From contig JBAZFB010000006.1 in NCBI GenBank assembly GCA_041653595.1, positions 17,503 through 81,502 of the forward strand: DNA of 64,000 nt. Direction: 5' to 3'. A model generated the notes under the pieces. It saw nothing but the letters and a program-made list of their open reading frames with translations, searched no databases and had not been told where the DNA came from. Position 1 is the stretch's first letter. The number at the start of each line of letters is the position of its first letter. Source of the stretch: Candidatus Omnitrophota bacterium (lineage in GTDB: Bacteria; Omnitrophota; Gorgyraeia; Pluralincolimonadales; Pluralincolimonadaceae). Positions 18,448 to 27,276 of this stretch are shown here, in pieces. A program made the translations under genes and the position numbers.

Positions 18448-19805
18448 TTCGCTCCTTTCGCTAATAAGACTACGGGGATTGTTTTAAAAAATACTTTCAG
18501 GTCCAGCCAAATGGACCAGTTGTCGATGTATTGCAGGTCGAGTTTCATCCATTGGTTGAAATCTTTTATCTCGTTGCGGCCGCTCGTCTGCCAGAGACAG
18601 GTAAGCCCGGGCCTCATGCTCAGGCGCCGCCTCTGCCAATTATCATATTTATCGACCTCGTTAGGGATAGGCGGCCTCGGGCCCACGACGCTCATATCTC
18701 CACTGAGGATATTCCACAATTGCGGCAACTCATCGAGACTGAACTTCCTGAGGAGCCGGCCAATCGCCGTAATACGAGGATCGTTTTGCATCTTGAAGAC
18801 CGGCCCACCCATCTCATTATATTTCTGCAGTTCCGCGAGTTTCTCTTCCGCGTCGCTGACCATCGTCCTGAATTTATAAAAAATAAATCTCCTGCCGTTC
18901 AGCCCGCAACGCTTCTGCTTAAAGAAGACCGGCCCCGAAGAAGTCGCTTTTATCGCGAGCGCGATTCCCAAGAATACCGGCAATAAAATTATAAGCGCCA
19001 AGCCCGAGACGACTATATCAAAGGCCCTTTTTACGAATAATTCTCCAGCCTTGTCAGGCGCGCTCTCGAACGTCAGCATCGGTATGCCGAAAAACTCGGT
19101 CTGCTTCGCTTTCGCGAGTTTCAATTCATACAGGTCGACGACTACGCTCGCGGGTATACCTTCTATCTCGCACATGCGTATGAGGTCCTCTATCTTCTCG
19201 AACCAGAGCCGCGGCACGACGAATACAACGTGATCTATGACGTTGCGGTGCAGGATGTTCGCCATGTCGCCGAACTCGTCCTCATCTATCATCCGAGTAA
19301 TCTTAAAACCCCATTCGCCGTGCTGTCCGACAAGTTCGGCAAAATTCTTCGCCCTCCTGCCCGTCCCGACGATGAGGATGTTCCTAGTGTTGTATCCCTT
19401 GCTCCTAAGGAACCTGAAAAACATTACTATGACTACCTTCTCAGCCGCGAACAGGACGAGCGAAACGCCGATTATCAAAAATAAGAACGTCCTGCTTACG
19501 TCGTGGAGCTTTACCACGTATACGACACTGCTGAACACCACGAAACCGAAGAACGCTGCCTCGAAAACTATCGAAATCACGTCGCCGATCGGCTTGGTCC
19601 GGAACGAATTATACATTCCGAGGAAATGCATAAGCCCCACCCATACCACGACAAAATACGGCAGGAGGCGAAGGTAATCCTCGAGCGGATATAGCTGTTT
19701 CATTTCATTACTCAAAAAATACGCAAGGATAAATGATGCGGCCGCCAGCACCAGGTCCGCGAAGATCATTAATTTCCTGAATATGTCCGCGTGTTGTTTA
19801 AGCAT
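18444..19805 (-). CDS. undecaprenyl-phosphate sugar phosphotransferase (priming glycosyltransferase, WbaP/EpsB-like)
   Basis: N-terminal TM bundle. C-terminal bacterial sugar transferase motif DELPQLWNILSGDMSVVGPRP. Confidence 0.85.
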   Translation of the reverse strand: MLKQHADIFRKLMIFADLVLAAASFILAYFLSNEMKQLYPLEDYLRLLPYFVVVWVGLMHFLGMYNSFRTKPIGDVISIVFEAAFFGFVVFSSVVYVVKLHDVSRTFLFLIIGVSLVLFAAEKVVIVMFFRFLRSKGYNTRNILIVGTGRRAKNFAELVGQHGEWGFKITRMIDEDEFGDMANILHRNVIDHVVFVVPRLWFEKIEDLIRMCEIEGIPASVVVDLYELKLAKAKQTEFFGIPMLTFESAPDKAGELFVKRAFDIVVSGLALIILLPVFLGIALAIKATSSGPVFFKQKRCGLNGRRFIFYKFRTMVSDAEEKLAELQKYNEMGGPVFKMQNDPRITAIGRLLRKFSLDELPQLWNILSGDMSVVGPRPPIPNEVDKYDNWQRRRLSMRPGLTCLWQTSGRNEIKDFNQWMKLDLQYIDNWSIWLDLKVFFKTIPVVLLAKGAK

Positions 19806-20929
19806 TAAAATTCAGCGGCCAGCCCGAGAGTGACACGATTTTTCAAATATCCGCCGAGCGGGACGGACGATGTCTCATGTGTGTATGAATAATCGGCGGT
19901 TGCCTTCCAATGGTCGTTGATGTCATAAGTCAATCCTGCGCTGGACCCGATGAGATGCGTCACGCTTGACGCCCCGATATATTCGCCGCGGCCGTAAAAA
20001 GCCGAAAGCGTCCCGCGCAATTTCTGGAAAATTTCGTGCGAGAGCGCGCCCGAAACCCGCCACTGATCGAAAAGGTCCTGCGAGTACGAAACCGTATCAA
20101 ACCGTTTGCTGAAATAGAGCGACGCGCGTGTGCGCTCGCTGAAGTCGTCGGAAAGCGAGACTTGCACCATCGGCTTCGTATATCTCCTGCCGCTGAAAGA
20201 ATTAATGAAATCCACTCCGCCCACACCGTCGAAATACAACTGTTTCGTGATGTATTTGCGCAGGCCGCCGCTCAGCGTATTGACCCTGGTGTTCGCACCC
20301 GGGCTGAAGTCACGGGCAGTAAAATCATACGCCCCGATGAAAGTCAGGTCCGAGCCGACGATATATGCGCCTTCGACTCCGGCCGTATTTAAATATGATT
20401 TCGGGATGTCGGTGCGCGAATATGTGTTGTATTCGTTCGAATACCGCAATGAAGCGCCGAAATGCTCCGAAATATCGCGCGCATAGCCGAGGTTCACGCG
20501 GTTCCTCGTCGAACTGTATCGCCCGCCCGTCCTCCCGAACACATCCTCGAAACTGCGCGGCTCTTCCGTGCGCGAAAACGAGTCGGAAACGCTTATCCTG
20601 TCGAACTTCGACAGCTCGGAGTTGACAGACGCGGTAAAATCGCCGCCGTTGTTGTTGAAACCGTGCTTGTTGGCGTAAAATTCGTGGTAATAGCGGCCGC
20701 TCGCCGTGAAAACCGTGGTCTTGTTGTCGTAAGAGGCGCTGAGGCCGACCCACGGCCTGGTGATATAATCTTTGATCTTGCCGACCTTTACGTAGGTGAC
20801 ATTATCATCGTAGGTTTCGGAGACTCCACCCCTTAACATAACGTCAATATTACTAAGGCGGTATGCCCACGCATTGCCCGAAATCAGGCAAATAACCATC
20901 ATCACTGCGAAAACGGCACTCTTTTTCAT
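19805..20929 (-). CDS. outer-membrane beta-barrel protein, PEP-CTERM locus EpsL-like
   Basis: Signal peptide (AWA). Alternating beta-strand pattern rich in Y/S/T/G. C-terminal ...TLGLAAEF ends in Phe as in OMPs. First gene of the export block. Confidence 0.5.
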   Translation of the reverse strand: MKKSAVFAVMMVICLISGNAWAYRLSNIDVMLRGGVSETYDDNVTYVKVGKIKDYITRPWVGLSASYDNKTTVFTASGRYYHEFYANKHGFNNNGGDFTASVNSELSKFDRISVSDSFSRTEEPRSFEDVFGRTGGRYSSTRNRVNLGYARDISEHFGASLRYSNEYNTYSRTDIPKSYLNTAGVEGAYIVGSDLTFIGAYDFTARDFSPGANTRVNTLSGGLRKYITKQLYFDGVGGVDFINSFSGRRYTKPMVQVSLSDDFSERTRASLYFSKRFDTVSYSQDLFDQWRVSGALSHEIFQKLRGTLSAFYGRGEYIGASSVTHLIGSSAGLTYDINDHWKATADYSYTHETSSVPLGGYLKNRVTLGLAAEF

Positions 20930-20977
20930 AGGTAGTTTATAAATTATCTATAAAGGCAAGCAAGGAAATAGTTTACA

Positions 20978-22180
20978 CTAGCGGCGGGGGTTAGTCAAGC
21001 GGTAAAAAACGAACGTGGCGAAGAGGCAGAGCGCGCCGCCGAGCATCAGGGCGTCCGGAGCGCCCATTTTACTGGCGAGGGCGCCGGCAAGCAGGCTTCC
21101 GATGGGCGCCATGCCCATAAAAGCCATGGTGTAGAAGCTCATTACGCGGCCGCGCTTGTCATCGTCTACGATGGTCTGGATGATAGTGTTGCTTGAGGCG
21201 GTCGTCGCGAGGAATCCGAAGCCGGTCACGACAAGCAAAATTATCGAAACCCATAAAACGCGCGAGAGAGCGAATAAGATCACGCCGCCCGCGAATATCG
21301 CGGCGGCAATAGGTATTCCCCTTTCAAGGGTCGGCGGTGTTTTGCGCGACGCGAGATAAAGTGTCGCGATGAGCGCCCCGACGCCGATGGCGGCCATCAG
21401 CACGCCGAGCGTAAGCGGCCCGCCGCGGTGGATATCCGCGGCGAAAACCGGCATCAGCACGACATACGACATGCCGAGCATGCTGATCACGCTTAACAGG
21501 AATAATATCATCCTGATAGGCCTCGAGCCGAACGCGTAAATCACGCCCTCTTTGATCTCATCCAGGACGCGCGTCTCCTTCCCCTTCTCTTCCTTCGGCG
21601 TCAATCTCATCATCAAAAGGCTCGCGATGACGGCAAGGAAAGTTATCGCGTTGATAAGGAAACATACCCCTTCCCCGACCAGCGCGACGAGGATCCCCGC
21701 GACCGTCGGCCCGATGAGCCGTGCCCCATTAAATATGGCAGAGTTAAGGGCAATGGCGTTGCCGAGCATATCTTTCCGCTCGACCATGTCTATTAAAAAT
21801 GACTGGCGCGTCGGGATATCGACCGCGTTGATGCAGCCGAGGAACAGGCCTAAAACGATTATCTGCCAGACCTGGATATGTCCTGCAAGCGTAAGCGCCG
21901 CGAGGATAAGCGCCTGTATCATCGCCAGTACCTGGGTCACGATAACTATCCGGTGGCGGTTATACCTGTCGGCGAAAACGCCGGCGAACGGGCTTAAAAT
22001 AAATGTGGGGATCTGCGAGGAGAAAGCGACGATACCGAGGAGCAATGCCGAGCCGGTCATCCGGTAAACGAGCCAGCTCATCGCTATCGACTGCATCCAT
22101 GTGCCGATGAGTGAGACGCTCTGCCCGATGAAAAAGAGGCGGAAGTTCCTGTATCTCAGCGAGCGGAATATACTATTCAT
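20978..22180 (-). CDS. MFS transporter (EntS/MFS_3-like)
   Basis: 400 aa with 12 TM helices. N-terminus RNFRLFFIGQSVSLIGTWMQ. Confidence 0.75.
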   Translation of the reverse strand: MNSIFRSLRYRNFRLFFIGQSVSLIGTWMQSIAMSWLVYRMTGSALLLGIVAFSSQIPTFILSPFAGVFADRYNRHRIVIVTQVLAMIQALILAALTLAGHIQVWQIIVLGLFLGCINAVDIPTRQSFLIDMVERKDMLGNAIALNSAIFNGARLIGPTVAGILVALVGEGVCFLINAITFLAVIASLLMMRLTPKEEKGKETRVLDEIKEGVIYAFGSRPIRMILFLLSVISMLGMSYVVLMPVFAADIHRGGPLTLGVLMAAIGVGALIATLYLASRKTPPTLERGIPIAAAIFAGGVILFALSRVLWVSIILLVVTGFGFLATTASSNTIIQTIVDDDKRGRVMSFYTMAFMGMAPIGSLLAGALASKMGAPDALMLGGALCLFATFVFYRLTNPRR

Positions 22181-24140
22181 ACCTTAAAGCTTCGATGGGA
22201 TTCAGTTGGGCGGCCTGGTGCGCGGGCCAGCTGCCGAAGACAATGCCTACGAGCAAAGAGAAACCCGTCGCCAAAATTATCGAGAACGCGGAAAGTTTCA
22301 CCGCCCACCCGGCTATCATCGCTATCAAACTCGATATGCCCGCGCCGAGCGCGATGCCGCAGACGCCGCCGATAAACGATATCAGCGCGGCTTCGATCAA
22401 AAACTGGATCATGATGTCCGTATTGCGCGCGCCTATCGCTTTGCGCAGCCCTATCTCGCGCGTGCGCTCTGTCACCGATACGAGCATGATATTCATGATG
22501 CCGATGCCGCCGACGAGCAAAGATATCGCCGCGATCGAGCCCAATAATAACGCCATAGTCCTGGTCGTCGTCTCGAGCATCTGTTTGATCTCAGCCATGT
22601 TCCTTATCTGGAATGTGTCCTCGTTATCCTTGCTGAGGCGGTGCTGTTTTATGATTAGTTTGGTTATCGCGTCCTGCGTCTCCTCTATCAGGTCCGGCGA
22701 TTTTACCTCGACAAATATCGCGTCGATATAATCCTTGCCGAAGACGCGGTACATCGCGGTCGTGACCGGGATGATCACGATGTCGTCCTGGTCGTGCCAG
22801 CCGCTGGCCCCTTTCGTCGGGAGGACGCCTACCACCTTGAAATTTATGAGGTTTATTTTTATCGTCTTTCCGACGGGATTCGAGTCGCCGAAAAGTTCGC
22901 GCGCGACCGTAAAGCCGATCACCGCGACTTTATCGCGCAATTTCACTTCCTCTTCGGTGAAGAACCTGCCGACGACCGGGACCGAGTTTCGCACCTCGGC
23001 GTAACCCGGGCCGTCGCCTTCTACCGTCGTGCTCCAGTTCTTGTTCCCGTAGACGATCTGGCCCCTGCCCTGGACGTTAGCATATATCCGGCTTATCTCC
23101 TCGCTCATTTTTGATATCGCGGCCACGTCCTGGAAAGTAAACCTGGTTACCGTGCCTGTGCCCATCGCCACGCCGTGGACCTTCGCCGAGCCGGGCATGA
23201 CCACCAGGAGGTTCGAGCCCAGCGACGACAATTGTTTGGATATCGTCTCCTGCGCCCCCTGGCCCAGCGCGAGCATCGCGATCACCGCCGCGACGCCTAT
23301 CAGTATGCCGAGCACCGACAAAAATGTGCGCATCTTGTGCGACCACATCGCGCTGGCCGCCTGGCGGATGTAATCGATGAACTCGGCCTGGCGCGAGAAT
23401 TTCTGCTCTTTAGAGAACGCCTCCCTTATTTTTTCCGCCTCCGGTGAGGGCGCGCATTTATCCTTATTTTCGCAATTGGGCTCGTCCGAGATTATCTCGC
23501 CGTCCCGCATTTTTATTATGCGCTTCGCGTGGACCGCGATCTCATTCTCGTGCGTTACGATGATGAGCGTCTTGCCTTTTTCATTTAATTGCTTCAATAC
23601 CGCGAGGATCTCTTCCTTGCTTTTTGAGTCGAGGTTGCCGGTCGGCTCGTCGGCCAAAATTATCAGCGGGTCATTTACCAGCGAACGGGCTATCGCGACT
23701 CGCTGCTGCTGGCCGCCCGAGAGTTCGTTCGGCTCATGCGTCATACGGTCGCCGAGGCCGACTTCCTGCATCCTCTTGCGCGCGAGTTCTTTCAGGTGGC
23801 GCTTGCCCGCGTAAATAAGCGGCAGTTCGGCGTTCTCGAGCGCGGTCATCCTCGGCAAAAGGAAAAACTGCTGGAATACAAAACCTACAAGCCGGTTTCG
23901 CGTAGCGGCGAGTTCATCGTCGGAGAGTTTCGTGACGTCTTTGCCGTCGAGTAGATATGAGCCGGAATCCGGCCTGTCCAAAAGGCCCAACAGGTGCATC
24001 AGCGTAGACTTGCCCGAGCCCGACGCGCCCATGATGGCGACAAATTCTCCCGCCTCTATCTTCAGGGATACATTATTGAGCGCGTGCACCTCGGCCGCGC
24101 CCATGGAATACGACTTTTTTAAATTTTTTATTTCTATCAT
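22173..24140 (-). CDS. macB: MacB-type ABC transporter, fused ATPase-permease
   Basis: Walker A GASGSGKST, signature LSGGQQQRVAIARS, Walker B ILADEPTGNLD, then an FtsX-like 4-TM permease with a large periplasmic domain. Confidence 0.85.
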   Translation of the reverse strand: MIEIKNLKKSYSMGAAEVHALNNVSLKIEAGEFVAIMGASGSGKSTLMHLLGLLDRPDSGSYLLDGKDVTKLSDDELAATRNRLVGFVFQQFFLLPRMTALENAELPLIYAGKRHLKELARKRMQEVGLGDRMTHEPNELSGGQQQRVAIARSLVNDPLIILADEPTGNLDSKSKEEILAVLKQLNEKGKTLIIVTHENEIAVHAKRIIKMRDGEIISDEPNCENKDKCAPSPEAEKIREAFSKEQKFSRQAEFIDYIRQAASAMWSHKMRTFLSVLGILIGVAAVIAMLALGQGAQETISKQLSSLGSNLLVVMPGSAKVHGVAMGTGTVTRFTFQDVAAISKMSEEISRIYANVQGRGQIVYGNKNWSTTVEGDGPGYAEVRNSVPVVGRFFTEEEVKLRDKVAVIGFTVARELFGDSNPVGKTIKINLINFKVVGVLPTKGASGWHDQDDIVIIPVTTAMYRVFGKDYIDAIFVEVKSPDLIEETQDAITKLIIKQHRLSKDNEDTFQIRNMAEIKQMLETTTRTMALLLGSIAAISLLVGGIGIMNIMLVSVTERTREIGLRKAIGARNTDIMIQFLIEAALISFIGGVCGIALGAGISSLIAMIAGWAVKLSAFSIILATGFSLLVGIVFGSWPAHQAAQLNPIEALRYE

Positions 24141-25114
24141 TTTTTGTTGGAACTCTTGCTCCTTGACGGCATGAACGGGTTTGTCGCGGTGTCGGCGGTG
24201 GGAAGCGCGTATTTCTGCGCCTTAACGACTATCTTCTCGGCCGCGGTGATACCCGATAATATCTCGGTGTTGAGGTCGTCGGAGATCCCGGTCGTGACGG
24301 CCTGCCTTACCGGCTCCTTCTCCGGGCCCCGGCTCAACAGGACATAACTTCCCTCTTTATCCTTATGCACCGCCTCGTTCGGCAGGAGCAGGGCGTCTTC
24401 TTTCTTCTGTTCCAGGAAATCTATGTTCGCGTTCATTCCCGAACGGAAGAAGGCAGGGACGCTCTCCGGGACCAGGTCGACATTATATATCGTGACATTA
24501 TTTACCGTCTGGGACTCGTAATATATATGCCCCACCGTAGTATTGACTTTCGATTCGGGGAACGCGTCTAGGCTCACGGTCGCGGGCTGGCCGAGCTTTA
24601 TCTTGCCGATATCGGTCTCGTCGACCTGCGCCCTGACTATCAGGCGGTCCGACAGGACCAGCACGGCGTCGGCGGTTGTCAGTGTCTGCCCCGGCTGGAC
24701 CGTCGCGACGATGATCTCGCCGTCGATAGGCGCCAATAACGGTATGGCTTTATAAGCGTCTTCCCAATATTTCAGTTCGGCTTCCCCCTTGCCTCTCGCC
24801 GCGTCCAATACCGCCGCCCTCTCGGTCGAGCTCATCCACGCCAGCGTCTGGCCGGTTTTTACCATATCGCCTTCGCGCACCAATATCTTCTCGACGCGGA
24901 CGGCCACCGGCGGCTTAAGCCCAAGGCGGTTCTGCGGGAGGACCGTGCCTGTGGTCGATATAAAACTCTGGATCGGGCCTATTGCGGCCGTTATCTCGCT
25001 GGTCGTCTCCTTGACCGCTGAGCCGCCCTTCGACTTCATAAAGAAGAACGCCGCGATACCGATAACGATAATTATGACGAGGAACACCTTCCATTTTTTA
25101 TTCGATGCTTTCAA
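24137..25114 (-). CDS. HlyD/MacA-family periplasmic adaptor
   Basis: TM anchor. Lipoyl/hairpin/beta-barrel order. Overlaps macB. Confidence 0.8.
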   Translation of the reverse strand: MKASNKKWKVFLVIIIVIGIAAFFFMKSKGGSAVKETTSEITAAIGPIQSFISTTGTVLPQNRLGLKPPVAVRVEKILVREGDMVKTGQTLAWMSSTERAAVLDAARGKGEAELKYWEDAYKAIPLLAPIDGEIIVATVQPGQTLTTADAVLVLSDRLIVRAQVDETDIGKIKLGQPATVSLDAFPESKVNTTVGHIYYESQTVNNVTIYNVDLVPESVPAFFRSGMNANIDFLEQKKEDALLLPNEAVHKDKEGSYVLLSRGPEKEPVRQAVTTGISDDLNTEILSGITAAEKIVVKAQKYALPTADTATNPFMPSRSKSSNKK

Positions 25115-26426
25115 GAGTTTCTCCTTTCGCCTGTATCCAGTTGGCTTCGGTTGTCAGGGCCTGGGCCTGGGCGTTTAGATATGATTGCTTCGCCGCAACA
25201 AGATTATTCTCGATTATTATCCAGTCGTTGAACGACACAAATCCTATGGAATATTGCGCCTCGGTTATCTTGGCGCGCTCTTCGCTCGCGGTTAAAAATT
25301 GGTCTTGGACCTCGACATTTTCCAGGGCGTTCTGCAGGCTCGTCCACGCGTCGGTGAGGGTCTGTATTATACCGTCCCTGGAGTTCCTTTCATCCGCTTC
25401 CGCTTTTGCCAGCAGGGCGTTCGCCTTTGAGACATCCGCTATGCGCAAGCCGCCCTCGAATATGGGTAATGATACCGAGGCGCCTATCGACCACTGGTTG
25501 CCTTTGGGCGGCCACTGCGAATCATTTTTATTGGCGCTGCCCTGCGCGGTTATCGTCGGGAAAAATTCGCCTTTGGCCGTTTTCACGTTATAAGCCGCGG
25601 CGTTCTTCTGCGCTATAAGCTGCTGGAGCGAGGGGTGGTTCACGGAGAGCGCGATGAAATCCGGTTTCTCGCGCGCGGGATCCTTAACGATAAAATCGCC
25701 TTTCGCTTCCACAGGCACAAGCTGCAGGAGGCCCATCTCTTTTGTCAACTGGCGCCGCGCGAGGTCGATATTCCTTTTCGCCACGGAGATGTCATACCGG
25801 GCCTGCCTGACGTTCGCCCCCTCGGTAAGGAGAGAACCTTTATTTTCCCTGCCGCTCTCATAGCGCAGGGTAACCAGCTCATAATTCTGCCGGCGGCGCT
25901 CGTAGATCTGCTGGCTTATCTTTACCGATTCCTGAGCCTTGAGCAGGTTGACAAAAGCCGCCCTGAGGCGCTGCCTGACCTGCGAGGACGTAAAATTATA
26001 GCTCTGCTGGGCGGCTTTGATATTTTCCCCGGCCGCGTTTACCTTATTTATCGTCTGGAAACCGTCAAAGAGCAGCTGGTTGCCGGTGACGCCGTAATTA
26101 TAATTATTTACCGCGCCGGTTGAGCCGCCTGATGTGCCGCCTGATGAGCCCGGTGAGGTGCCGCCTGAGCTTTTCGACCTGGTGGCGTTAAGGTCCGTGC
26201 TTATCTGCGGGAAGAGGCCGCTCGCGGATATCGTCTTGTCGGCCTTGGAACTCTTTATGGACTGCTGGGCCGAGACAAGGCCGGGATTATTCTTCGCGGA
26301 TTCCTTGACGCAATCGTCCCACGTCATGGGAGTTACGGAGTCAGGCACCGCCGTTTCTTCCGCCGGAGCCGGTGCGCTCAGCAGCAGGATAGAACAAAAA
26401 GCATATATGAAAATATTCTTGTTCAC
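25098..26426 (-). CDS. TolC-family outer membrane efflux protein
   Basis: Signal peptide and two OEP repeats. Gly/Ser-rich insert (GGTSPGSSGGTSGGSTG). Confidence 0.8.
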   Translation of the reverse strand: MNKNIFIYAFCSILLLSAPAPAEETAVPDSVTPMTWDDCVKESAKNNPGLVSAQQSIKSSKADKTISASGLFPQISTDLNATRSKSSGGTSPGSSGGTSGGSTGAVNNYNYGVTGNQLLFDGFQTINKVNAAGENIKAAQQSYNFTSSQVRQRLRAAFVNLLKAQESVKISQQIYERRRQNYELVTLRYESGRENKGSLLTEGANVRQARYDISVAKRNIDLARRQLTKEMGLLQLVPVEAKGDFIVKDPAREKPDFIALSVNHPSLQQLIAQKNAAAYNVKTAKGEFFPTITAQGSANKNDSQWPPKGNQWSIGASVSLPIFEGGLRIADVSKANALLAKAEADERNSRDGIIQTLTDAWTSLQNALENVEVQDQFLTASEERAKITEAQYSIGFVSFNDWIIIENNLVAAKQSYLNAQAQALTTEANWIQAKGETLESIE

Positions 26427-26430
26427 AGTG

Positions 26431-26670
26431 TCAGAATTTGCCCTTTAGTTTGGAAAGTACTTTTGTCGCCTCGTTAAGGAAACGGTTGAACTCTTCGGCC
26501 TGTATAAGCCCGATCATGCCGTCCGGCTTGGCGAAGACGACAAGCTTATCGCCGGACTTTATCTTGAACGTCTTCCTTATGTCCGCGGGAACCACCACTT
26601 GTCCCCTCTCACCTACAGTCACCACGCTGTGGAACCCGCCGCCCGGGCCGCCCTTGAATTCAGTTTTCAT
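26431..26670 (-). CDS. AbrB/MazE/SpoVT-family swapped-hairpin DNA-binding protein
   Basis: GERGQVVVPADIRKTFKIKSGDKLVV is a swapped-hairpin motif. Perfect SD GGAGG 8 nt upstream. Leads the efflux operon. Confidence 0.65.
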   Translation of the reverse strand: MKTEFKGGPGGGFHSVVTVGERGQVVVPADIRKTFKIKSGDKLVVFAKPDGMIGLIQAEEFNRFLNEATKVLSKLKGKF

Positions 26671-26689
26671 CTTAACCTCCGTAATGTGT

Positions 26690-26745
26690 TATTGTATGAA
26701 TTGTATGATTTGTATGATATATCATACATACGGAGATGTCAATAT
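26690..26745 (-). promoter_or_regulatory. promoter plus operator of the AbrB-like/efflux operon
   Basis: On the minus strand: TTGACA (26742..26737), 17 nt, TATCAT (26719..26714). Three tandem TTGTATGA units (26692, 26701, 26710; period 9) overlap a perfect 16-bp palindrome GTATGATATATCATAC (26712..26727). Confidence 0.55.
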
Positions 26746-26799
26746 ATTTATTTATGTTTATTACTATAGTTAGACGCGCCTCCACCCAAAAGGTTTACA

Positions 26800-26842
26800 C
26801 GCAAAACGCCCCGCTCCAAAAGAGCGGGGCGTCTGTAATTGA
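26800..26842 (-). terminator. rho-independent terminator after the Met-rich small protein gene
   Basis: ACGCCCCGCTC-CAAAAG-GAGCGGGGCGT, an 11-bp GC-rich stem. On the minus strand it is followed by TTTTGCG. Confidence 0.6.
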
Positions 26843-26854
26843 GGATATACTTAA

Positions 26855-27157
26855 TTATTTTCCGACTGGCATCTTTCCGGGCATACCTTTTTCCATGCCC
26901 ATGCCGCCCATTCCTTTACCCATCATCGGGCACATCCCCTGCATATCCCCCATCATCGGGCATTTGCCTGTCGCGATGGTATAAATGCCTTTCGCATATA
27001 ACAGCACGGACACGACGATCAAGACAACGGCGACTACTTTGCCGAAGTTCTTCAAGCCCTTCTCTTTCGCTCTTTCGAGCGCGAACAATACAAAAAAACT
27101 TGCTGTAAGCAACGCGGATGCAGGGATCAGAACCAGCACACCCATCATTCTCATCAT
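26855..27157 (-). CDS. small 2-TM membrane protein with Met/Cys-rich C-terminal tail (putative metal-binding)
   Basis: Two hydrophobic helices, then GKCPMMGDMQGMCPMMGKGMGGMGMEKGMPGKMP with CPMMG x2 and many M-x-x-M spacings. Good SD AGGAGG. Lies between hcp and the efflux operon. Confidence 0.5.
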   Translation of the reverse strand: MMRMMGVLVLIPASALLTASFFVLFALERAKEKGLKNFGKVVAVVLIVVSVLLYAKGIYTIATGKCPMMGDMQGMCPMMGKGMGGMGMEKGMPGKMPVGK

Positions 27158-27184
27158 GGTACACGCCCTCCTATTTTTCGTTTT

Positions 27185-27250
27185 CCATTATGTCATACCC
27201 ACAAATAATGTAAATTGGCGGATTCCGCTTTCTTTTGACCTTTTTCACCC
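27185..27250 (-). promoter_or_regulatory. promoter cassette copy A (TTTACA-16-CATAAT plus conserved A-tract block)
   Basis: Minus strand: TTTACA (27214..27209), 16 nt, CATAAT (27192..27187). Upstream block GTGAAAAAGGTCAAAAGAAAGCGGAAT. Confidence 0.5.
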
Positions 27251-27276
27251 CCTGCCAAAAACGGCAGGGACTGCGG

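Noticed and set aside
22195-23954. Numerous 60-180-aa ORFs on both strands inside the macB gene and other large genes (same pattern inside hcp, hydA, hndC, the OFOR alpha gene, the PGT gene, etc.)
   Set aside because: Shadow ORFs of high-GC coding regions with no independent signals. The host genes have strong motif support.
26692-26730. Tandem TTGTATGA repeats considered as a possible CRISPR or minisatellite
   Set aside because: Only three 8-nt units at 9-bp period, with no spacers of CRISPR size and no cas genes. The position over a promoter -10 fits an operator instead.
27250-27269. CCCTGCC-AAAAAC-GGCAGGG hairpin downstream of hcp as a terminator
   Set aside because: Short 7-bp stem with no U-tract on the transcribed (minus) strand. 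At best it is weak, so it is not listed as a feature.
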